A stretch of DNA of 51,171 nt, filler included, from Catajapyx aquilonaris (Eukaryota), in NCBI GenBank assembly GCA_000934665.2. It is 2 parts of 2 records of this genome, joined end to end, with 100 filler letters (N's around TTAATTAATTAA, not from the genome) between each part and the next. Parts side by side here need not be neighbours in the genome. Positions count along the whole stretch, not along the records: positions 1 to 25,536 come from JYFJ02005353.1; 1 more part is not named here. One strand, written 5' to 3'. The notes under the pieces are model-generated. The model saw only the letters and a list, made by a program, of their open reading frames with translations. It was not told the origin of the DNA and made no database searches. Below, one piece after another: positions 1 through 9,472 of this stretch. Numbering within the stretch: position 1 is the first letter of the stretch; every line of letters starts with the position of its first letter. Position numbers and translations under genes: made by a program.

Positions 1-93
1 CGTTTCCGGACACGGGTTCCTATGTCAAAAATACTTGTCTTGGTCCCCTCTATTACCCCTGAAAGTCTTTGCAGAGTTACAATAAACACCCTG
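1..93. mobile_element. Right end of a TA-flanked CAGGGTG-type (Tc1/mariner-like) MITE, truncated by the window start
   Basis: Ends ...AAACACCCTG followed by TA (94-95), the same terminus as the elements at 1917, 44068 and 48088. Confidence 0.5.
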
Positions 94-99
94 TATATT

Positions 100-510
100 T
101 ATGTCGATACATCAGTAGCCCGACTGTGTTGATTTTGATATCAATATTTTAATATCACCTCATTTTTCATGTGAAATTTTCCATATCTGATAGTTTGACA
201 TCCATACTTCAATATCCGCAACTTTGGCATCGATAACTCGATAGAATCTCTATCTAATTAAAGATTCCTCAACATCGAGTCGATATCGATGTTTCATTAT
301 TCTCTCAACTTTGCTATCCATATTTTTTCAATACCATCTCGATTTCATTATCGATATTTCATTAACATCTGGATTTCATTTTTTCAATATCAATTTTGCA
401 ATACCCTCTCAATTTCTATATATGGATTCACTATCAAATTTCAATGTCGATAAGCTTTTGAAGATATATCAGCGTGTGATCGATGCAATCGTCGATTGCT
501 AATCCCGATT
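100..510. repeat. Degenerate ATCGAT/TCGAT-rich low-complexity repeat
   Basis: Many ATCGA/TCGAT words in an AT-rich context; no credible ORF. Confidence 0.45.
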
Positions 511-594
511 ATGGTCAATGAACATTTTCGACTGCCGACCAATCCCTGTGTCACCGTCCTCTTTGTCTCTCCTCAAGTATTTCAACAGAAGCAA

Positions 595-3500
595 ATGATG
601 CCCCTGAGGTCGTGGTGCACCCTGGTCCTCATCCGCCACACATGGAACCTCTGCAAGGCGGTGTACAGAGGCGTGAGGGTCATTCACGACTACGTGCAGA
701 CCGTACCTCGTCACCTGGCAGACGCATACACTGAAGCCATGCTGGACCGCGCCTTGGACGTCTTCTCCAGGCGGTCGCCCTGGAAAACGTACGGCGCCTA
801 CCACCGAGCCTGCACGCATCTTGAGATCACTGGGAGCATGCCCAGCTCCCTTGTGTCAGTTGTGTCCGAAGTGTTAGAACACCTAGCTCCCAACCATGCG
901 GGACCTGAAGGTGGTCCGTCTGAACCTGATTAACCTGGACAAGTTGATCGAGAGCCTACCATATCTAGGCAGGCTTCGAACATTAGTCATGATGTACGGC
1001 ACTGTCATGGACAAGCACCAACTGCCATCCCTCCTGTCCAGACATTGTCCCAACTTGGAGGAACTAGAGTTCAGATGGGGGATGTCGGCCAACCAGACGC
1101 TGGACTGGTCTCCCAATCTGAAGAGTGTCAAGGTCAGATATGAGGGACAGGAGGACACCCAGCAGGTGAGGCATATCCTGGACAGCGTGCCCCATCTGAC
1201 CTTACACTACAACTTCCATCGAAACTGGCTGGACGAGGTCATCCACGCCTGTCCGGGTCCGTACCCGGGCGTGGAGGGTATCAGCACCATCAGTGCTTCC
1301 CATCAGATGCTGCCCGACCTGGTCCGGGCGTTTCCGAACCTGACCTACCTTAGCCTGAGCGTGACCTCGCGCAACGGGCCGGTCACGCCTCTGAACGACC
1401 TCCAGCAGCTGAAGGAGCTGATGCTGATCGGGATGACCCCCGAGAAGATGCTCCAAATCAGCCCGTGTCTGTCCCGTCTGAAATCGCTAGAACTGGAATT
1501 CTTCGACGACCTGGACGACGCAATACTGGAGCAGGTAAACCGTACACGCAGTACCATATACCCCTCACGTAAATGTATCCTCTTCTCTCTGTAAGTGTCG
1601 AAAACCCAAACATTAGACCAAGATGCCGTTAACTTCCGTTCACGTTGACACGGGTTCATATTACATTAAATACGCGTACCGGTGTTTAATCTCATCAGTT
1701 TACGCTATAACATTTGCATACGTTAATCTTAATAGATAGAGTTACGTTCGTATATGGTAACGCATCCAAGTTCGCGTTAACAACCGTTCACGTTAACCTC
1801 AGTTCACGTTGACATTAGCATGATATGCGTTAACCTCAGTTTACGTTAATTCAAGTTCACGTTAACATCATTGGTTTGGGTTAGTAATGGTTAAACAGTT
1901 GTCTATGCGCACTATACAGGGTGTATCTGAACTCAGTGCCCCGACGTATATGACTGCCTTCCTAGCCACCAGAGGATCAACTTATGTAGAGGAGTCATTA
2001 TGTCTGGGCAGCCTCATTACTGAGATACACTCTTTAGCGATTTTTGCCTAATCGCTCCTTCTGACTTTTAAATAGAATTTTCTGGTGTAACTAGCCAAAG
2101 AGGCCTTACCACCTGTGGGCAACAAACCAACAAAGTCCCGTCCCCAGACCTTCCAGAGCCTTCTGACTGGGGGAGGGTTCGATGGGTGGCCTAACCGACA
2201 GGATATTCTGTACTACATGTTTGAGGCCAATTATCTCCGTAATGCGGCGGCCAAACATAATGACTCCTATACTTAAATCGATCCTCTGGTGGCTAGGAAG
2301 GCAGTCATTTACGTCGGGGCACTGAGTTCAGATACACCCTGGTATACAGCGCTGCCACTTTCAGCATCGGGCGAGGGGTAGTGGTAGAGGTACTACATGT
2401 ATCCAGCTGATATAACAACCCTGGACAAACAGAGGCACAGACGTAGAGATGTGTTTGTTGACACTTTTTCTCCATAGGCGCCGCTGCCCTACTTGACGTC
2501 GTTCCGTGCCTCCAGGTGCAGAGATGTCGACCTGGATAAGCTATGGAGAGTGATGCCCAACCTGACCTCTCTCAGCCTGTCTGGCTGCTCCTTCTCGGAT
2601 CGGACGCCCCAGTCCGGCGAGACGGACGCCCCCTTCAGGTAAAAGCAAAATAGCGTTTCCCCCCCCCCTTCACCAACAGCTATATTCAGCACAAATAACT
2701 TGGCATCAGGCCTTAAGCGCTACAGTTACTGTATCATGAGCCACCACTGCATGAAGGTTAACTATAAGGTTAACGTAAACCTGGGTTAACGTGAACCGAG
2801 TTAAATTTTGGTTAACGTTAACGAATGTTGACTTGCACTTAGGTTAATTACGGGTTTTTTTTGAAAACATTGTCACCCCTGCATATTTTTGGACTTGAAT
2901 TGACCTGGAGTGACCTTTCCAGGCACCTGGAGACTCTCCGTGTGTTTTATGATGGGGAGGAGGACAACCTGGAAGAGATCCACCTCCGATACCTGATGTC
3001 GCACTGCGTCGACCTCAAGAACCTCACCCTTTTTTGCCAAGCCTTCCTGGACGATCGGACCTTCGCAGACCTGGTCAGCCGCATGACCCGACTCAAGAAC
3101 CTGGAACTCTCCAGCCCGATCCTGACCCTGGAGGTGCTGCCGATGATCTTCGATATCCTGGGCGACCAAGCGGAGTCCGTCGAGGTATCCTTCGAGGTTC
3201 TGGATGCGTCTCCGGAAGTAATCAAGCAGGTATGTATACGAAAGCGGGAGGAACACGGACACAGCAATTCCCCGACTGTGCACAGAGATGGTGACTCACT
3301 CCGGACAAACAAACGGACAGACTGACTGAGCTGAGTTTCTCGTTGCAGGTGTTCAGCAGGTACCAGAGATTCAGGGGGCTGAAGGTCTGGCTGAGCGCCT
3401 TTAATGCTGAAGACGACGACGTGGTGGAGGAGGAGGGACAGAACCAGGAAGGACCGAACCCGGAACCTTCCGGAGACAATCAGGACACGTTACCCATTGA

Positions 3501-3651
3501 AGAGACCCAGAGTCAGCCTCCGCAGCCTCAGCGATCTCCGGCCGTCTTCACCATCACGTGGTACTACTGCTCCTGCGACAAAAGACTCTGTGACCAACCT
3601 GGCTGCGGTGGCCTGGGCTGCGACACGTACAAGAAAGCGCGATTTTCATAA
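595..3651 (+). CDS. Leucine-rich-repeat protein with N-terminal BC-box/Cul2-box-like motif; carries a +1 frameshift near 889-895 (pseudogene or assembly error)
   Basis: Exons 595-1534, 2478-2638, 2923-3229, 3349-3651 with GT-AG sites and consistent phases (0,2,0). LRR-type repeats: CPNLEELEF, FPNLTYLSLS, MPNLTSLSLSGC, CVDLKNLTL, MTRLKNLELS. N-terminal PLRSWCTLVL and VPRHLADAY. AATAAA near 3699. Confidence 0.75.
1625..1870 (+). repeat. GTTCACGTTAAC-type short degenerate tandem repeat (intron 1)
   Basis: Repeated GTTCACGTTAAC/GTTCACGTTGAC words. Confidence 0.7.
1917..2341. mobile_element. MITE with ~110-bp terminal inverted repeats, Tc1/mariner-type termini
   Basis: TA|CAGGGTGTATCTGAACTCAGTGCCCCGACGTA... 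and ...TACGTCGGGGCACTGAGTTCAGATACACCCTG|GTA; non-coding interior. Confidence 0.9.
2755..2848 (-). repeat. GGTTAACGTGAAC repeat (intron 2), inverted relative to 1625-1870
   Basis: GGTTAACGTGAAC is the reverse complement of GTTCACGTTAACC. Confidence 0.65.
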
Positions 3652-4241
3652 CTCAAGCCGTGCAACTATTTACTATCCAGCAATAAGTGTGGAAAAGAAA
3701 TAAAAAAAAACCTTAATTCAACAATGATTTTGGGACATCCAGACTCAAGGATCGCTGTATCTCCGAAAAGACGAATGTACGTGGAAAAGATACCCTATAC
3801 TTTTTGTAGCATATACATTCTCCTGTACTTGTACAATTCTTTGTTTGGCACATATCCGCCTGAGACGCACAGCGTGTCAGGTTCAATCGCACGGTCATTT
3901 TTGTATAAAAAAATAGTATACTGTATTAATGACCATGCAATGCGCAGCAAGTTGACAACAATTCATTCTGTGGAAGTGTACTATTGAATTGTTTGGCAAG
4001 TTGCCTAGTTATGATTTTAATTTTTCCAGCTAGTTTATACCGCTATAATGTTTGAAGCTGAGGTGCAGCTTGGCACGTGATTCATCAAACCAAAACTTGG
4101 TGAATCAGCATTTCTTTACGTAGTTCATCTCAAGAGGTAATAGCTCTCTTCTATACTTTTTGTAGCTTACTATTCAATGCTTAACATGCAATATCCAGCA
4201 GCTTACTGGCGATTTAGGTACGACAGCAACATCTATTTCAA

Positions 4242-6948
4242 ATGGCGGCAGCAGCAGGCAGCACAGTCAACGATGCTACAGGTCACCAGGATCGGCTCTA
4301 CTACAGCTCCATGTCCTTCGCCCTGGAGCTGCTCCGGAGGCTGGACAAGCTCCGTCGGTCATCCCTCCTCTGCGACGTCGAGCTGGTGTCATCCTCCTCA
4401 TTCGAAGACGACCAACTCCAGGAGAGCACAGGCAGTATCCGAGCACACCGAGCACTCCTGGCAGCCGGAAGCCCTTACTTCAAGGACATGTTCGCCAAGA
4501 ACCACCAGCCCATGGTGGTCGTAAGGGACGTGTCCCAGGAGGCACTGACCAAGATGGTCGATTTCATTTACTCCGGACAGTTTCGTCCTTCCTGGGACGA
4601 CGTGGAGGAGATGCTTGCTGCCTCCAGCATCTTCCAGGTCGAGGAGGTCAGGGACATGTGCTCCGAGTTCATGTTGGACGAACTGCAGGTGTCCAACGCC
4701 CTCAGCACGCACAGGTAAAGAGGCTTGTTCCCAAGCAGCTTTAACGCAATTTGAGCTGTGACAGCTCCTGATCATGTGACTTCGATCTGTGTCAGAGTTA
4801 CGGCGACCCGACCATAAAGGCCCCGCGCCAAGCTTGACTTCGATCTGCGATCTGGTTGGTCGCCAAGAGTCGGAAGCCCCGCCCCTCTCCCTTCAAGAGC
4901 TTTTTCCCCCGCTGCGGCAATCGCAGTGGGGGAAAAGCTGTTGGATGCTGTTGAAGCTGTGGCGAATGAACTGTCGCAGCTCGATTTTGCTCAAAAAAGC
5001 TGCTTTGAGAACAGGCCTGAATGTCACAGGAGCTGTTACAGCTTTCTATAGGTGCGGCCAGTTTCCTTCTAGCTGTGGCGGAGGAGCTGCCACAGCTCGA
5101 TTAGACGCAAGTGCGCAACAAAGCTGCTTTGGGAACAGGCCTCAATGCTACAAATATACGTACAAGAGCTGTTACAGCTTCTTTCCCAATCGCTGCGACA
5201 GCTCCCTATTTCCAGCTGTGGGCGAGGAGCTGTCGCAGCTCGATTTGGTGCAAAAAGCTGCCTTAAAGCTGCACTATTTCCAGCTGTGGGCAAGGAGCTT
5301 CGCAGCTCGATTTGGTGCAAAAAAAAGCTCCCTTAAAGCTGCGCAGCTCCTATTTCCAGCTGTGGGCTAGGAGTTGTCGCAGTATGATTTGGTGCAATAA
5401 AGCTCCCTTAAAGCTGCGACAGCTCCCTATTCCCAGCTGTGGGCAAGGAGCTGTCGCAGCTCGATTTCGTACAAAAAAGCTCCCTTAAAGCTGCGACAGC
5501 TCCCTATTTCCAGCTGTGGGCGAGGAACTGTCGGAGCTCGATTGGTTGCAAAAAAGCTCCCTTAAAGCTGCGACAGCTCACTATTTCCAGCTGTGGGCGA
5601 GGAGCTGTCGTAGCTCGATTTGGTCCAAAAAAGCCGCCTTAAAGCTGGTATTGACCGGCCAGTCTCTTCCTTCACCCACAGGAGCGCCAAAAAGTACAAC
5701 TGCGTCAAACTGGCCGACGCAGCAGCCAGACTGATCCACAACAACTTCTCGGAGGTCACCAGAGAGGAAGAGTTCCTGACCCTGCCAAAGAAGGAGGTCA
5801 TCTACTGGCTGAGCAGCGATGACCTCCGGGTCGAGTCAGAGTTCGAGGTGCTGTCAGCTGCAATAGGATGGGTCGAGTGGCGTCCGGAGCAGCGTGGTCC
5901 TGCGATCAACGAGGTGTTGAGGGCCGTACGGGCTACGCTGATACCACGAACGACACTGAAAGACACCGTCATTTTATGTACGGACGAAGCACTTAAGTCG
6001 GCAATTACGTCGCTGCATCAGGATGTTTGTAACGGCCTGGTCGTACCGGTTCAACCCAGACGGAGGGCCAGACGGACCATCTATGCTGTCGGCGGGTTTG
6101 AGTACCGGCACAACGAGAACTTCGAAGCCGAACGTGTCTGCTCGTGTCGGGTCGAGTGTTTCGATACTTTCGTCAAAGAGTGGTGTACCGCGACGTCCCT
6201 GCCGCTGCGCAGGAACATGCCGGAGGTGGCCGGACTGGACAACGCGGTGTACGCTGTCGGCGGTGAGATGGACGGTTCGCTGTCAGTGTGCGAGGTGTAC
6301 ATACCGAGAGAGGACGGATGGTACCGTAACGCGAGCATGCAAGTGCCAAGACATGACTTCGGACTGTGCGCGTTCAAAGGACACCTGTACGCCTTCGGTG
6401 GACGTAGCGGACGCGACATGGTGGGTAGCATCGAGAGGTACGACCCGGTGTCCGACTCGTGGCAGATCGTAGGCAACATGCCGAAGCCTGCACGCTGCAG
6501 GGCCGTACCACACGGTGGTCTGATATACATCCTGAGCGGACCAGGCGTCTGGATTCACGATCTGCATTCGTACGATCCATCGACTGGGGCATGGCGCACG
6601 CTGGCACCGATGAAGCCACGCAGGTGCATGGGTATCGGAGTGCTGGATTGTCACCTGTACGTCGTGGGCGGGTACATGGAACTGTCCGACCTTCCGACCG
6701 ACTCTGTTGAGACGTACTCGTTCGAGCAGGACAGTTGGACCGACGACATCCCGTTGCCTTGGGCTTACGCGAACGTCGGTGTGGCATCGTCCAACGGTTA
6801 CCTGTACGCCATTGGAGGCGAAGGTTCAAAGTGGGACAACACCGAGATGAGACAGGACGTCGCAAGGTACGACCCCAATACCAAGAAATGGGGAGGATGC
6901 AAGTGGCTGTCCGGTGCCAGGTGCGGGGTCGGAGTCGCCGTGTTGTGA
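4242..6948 (+). CDS. Kelch-like BTB-BACK-Kelch protein (~579 aa), most like IPP/KLHL27
   Basis: Exons 4242-4714 and 5682-6948 (AG|GTAAAG ... CACAG|G, phase 2). BTB motifs LCDV, AHRALLAAGSPYFKDMF and VDFIYSG. BACK motif LSSDDLRVESEFEV..AAIGWV. Kelch repeats with GG, Y and W. PRRRARRTIYAVGG resembles IPP PRKKARKYLYAVGG. AATAAA at 6981. Confidence 0.92.
4950..5646. repeat. 77-bp minisatellite (~8 copies) in the Kelch intron
   Basis: CAGCTGTGGG recurs at 5434, 5511 and 5588 (period 77), with more degenerate copies from about 4955. Confidence 0.9.
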
Positions 6949-7029
6949 TGAGGACAACCATGATTTATACAGCAGTGTTCAATAAAACTGACATTTTACG
7001 CAAAAATTGTGCGAGAATCATTCAGCCCA

Positions 7030-7770
7030 GTTTGAAATTTGGCGCCCTGACGTGTCACTCGCTTCGTGACGTCATGTGTAGTTCGTAAATTTGCCGCAAT
7101 ATGTAGTAGCCGCTATGACGTGAGTGTTCTGGTCGTTAAATTATGACCAAATTAAATTAGCTGTTCGAGGCTAGGTTATGACAACCACTAATTTATGTAG
7201 TTGTTCAATAAATGGACAATTTTTAACGAAAAAATTGTGCCAAAGCTACTCTCAGACTCGCTCAGACTACACTTCAAATTTTGGTACCATGACGTCACCG
7301 CTTCGTTCGTAAATTGGCGTTATTACGTCACCGCTCCGTTCGTAAATTGGCGTTATGACGTCACATGTGCTCAAGAACGTCACCACCTGGTTATGACAAC
7401 GCTAATCTCTTCAAAAACAGTGGTAAATATAATTAGATCGATTTTTACTGAAATCCTTTCCGCTAAAATCTTGCACGCTTTTGGCACAGTTCCATAAAAA
7501 TTGAGGTGTGACGTCACCGTTCCGTTCGTAAATTAGCGTCATGACGCCACAGAGGCCTTATTGTTATGACGGCGTTAATTTACGCCGCTAATATCTGCAG
7601 AAGCAGTGGGCAATACACCTAATTGAGTTTTTACTTAAATATTTTCTACCAAAATATTGCACACGTTCTTTGCAGTTAAAAATTTGGCTCCATGACGTCG
7701 CCGCTTGCGTTATGACGTCTAGCCGCTTGTAATACGCGCCATGACGTCACAAGTGAGTGACGTCACTTAT
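7030..7770. repeat. Degenerate ~200-bp tandem repeat with TGACGTCA-containing subunits
   Basis: AAATTTGG..TGACGTCACCGC blocks near 7035, 7277, 7497 and 7680. Confidence 0.7.
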
Positions 7771-8309
7771 CAGTTTGTTACCAGATGGCGCTGGTGCGCT
7801 GCTATTAAACGTCATTAATTTAATATTACATGTTATTTACTCGCCACTTAATTATTAGGAGTGTTATCAGTTGACAAGGGTGTTAATTTGTCGTTTTTAT
7901 TGAGTGGGTGTCGAGTGCCACCTGGCAACCCTGCTTCGTCATTCGAATCTTCTGAAGGCAACGGACAACAAACGGTCGGAATTATTTTTCGTTCTTTTGA
8001 AGAGGGAAGCGAAAAGGAGAACTACTAGGGGCCGAGAGACCAGGGGCCGAGCCCAGTGTCCTGCACCATCAGGGGGCTGGACACCACCTGGAGCCATGGG
8101 TGACAACAGCGGAGGTATATCCACACTTTATTGTGTGACCCATCCTCATTACAGGTCAATCCTTGACCAAAAAAAAAAAAACAGGAAAAAAAAATCGAAC
8201 AAATAAATCCTCTCATTAATCATGATTTAATAAGCAAAACAGATTAATTAGTCTGCTGGTGACAAAATTTGGGCACAAATTTGTTCGCTTTCATGACAGC
8301 GGAACACGT

Positions 8310-9210
8310 TGTCCATGTTAACCCGATGATGTTGTCATGGTCGGCATTTGCAATGGTGGCCGGTTGCCATGGCAAGCTGATGAGATGTAACCTGTTGCCA
8401 TGTAAACCGGATGTTGACATGGCCACCCGTTGCCGTGTAAAGGCCCGTTCACACAGGCCGTCGACGGTTTTGGTTTTTGGTCTTGTCGACGCCACGGACC
8501 AATCAGAACGGGCCCTCACGTAAACAACGCGTCATGGTTACCGTGAGGGCCCTCTCTGATTGATCCAAAACCAAAACCGTCGACGGCCTGTGTGAATGGG
8601 CCTTAAACCAGATGTTGTTATGGTCGTCCGGTTGTCATGGTTAGTGTTGCGATGTAAGCCTGTTGCCTTGTAAAACCCGCAGTCATGGTGGCCGGTTGTC
8701 ATGCAGGCCGTTGCCATGGCGAGCTGTCGACATGATAACCCATTGTCATGTTAGCCCGTTGCCATGCAAACCTGCTGATGTTGCCATGGCCGGCCGGTTG
8801 TCATCCTGTAGGACATTGCCATGGCAACATCGGGGGGGGGGGGGGGNGGGGGGGGGGTTTACATGGCAACGGGTCATCGCAACATCTTGGCATGGCAACA
8901 GCCTACATGACAACCGGCCATGCTGCGACGTAACCCTTTGTCATGTTAGCTCATTGGCATATGGCATGCTGTTGCGATGTAACCTGTTGGCATGGTCGCC
9001 CGTTGCCATGTGAACCTGATGTTGCCATGGCAAGCTGTTGACATGGTAGGTCGTTGCCATGATAGCCCATTGTCGTGATAGCCCGTTGCCATGTAAACCT
9101 GGAGTTATGGTTGACCATTGCCATGGTCGGCCGGTTGTCATCATTGTAGGTAATTGCGATGTAGCCCGCTGCCACGGTAGGCTGTTGCCATGCACCTGTT
9201 GCCATGGAAG
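8310..9210. repeat. GTTGCCATGG-motif degenerate satellite
   Basis: Dozens of GTTGCCATG/GTTGTCATG words. Confidence 0.8.
8441..8603. mobile_element. 163-bp PIF/Harbinger (Tourist-like) MITE with TAA target-site duplication
   Basis: TAA|AGGCCCGTTCACACAGGCCGTCGACGGTTTTGG...CCAAAACCGTCGACGGCCTGTGTGAATGGGCCT|TAA. Removing it restores the satellite unit GTTGCCRTGTAAACC. Confidence 0.85.
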
Positions 9211-9472
9211 GACTTACCTTTTTATGTGTGTGGATAATGAGCATTGATTTAACAGGTGTGGAGCTGGATGTATGAACTTAAATTGAGGCTAAAATTGTCT
9301 TGATTAATGTACGTACAGTAAGTACTTACATGTTTTTCAAATGTCAGTTATTAATATAAAAGCCTATTCGCTTCAAAATAATTGTTGTTTAAAGAGCGGC
9401 AGGTTTTGCCCTGAATTTATGTCCGTGCGACTGATCCTTTAAGTCGGTTGCGTTCGTGAACCTTGCTGAAGT

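Noticed and set aside
4950..5646. CRISPR-like array of palindromic repeats
   Set aside because: The units are contiguous with no unique spacers, lie in a spliceosomal intron, and no cas genes are present.
8096..8114. Alternative IQGAP first exon MGDNSG|GTATAT (phase-compatible, good Kozak context)
   Set aside because: No similarity to IQGAP N-termini and a weak donor; cannot be fully excluded.
8244..9247. Cluster of Cys/His-rich ORFs
   Set aside because: Translations of the GTTGCCATGG satellite in several frames.
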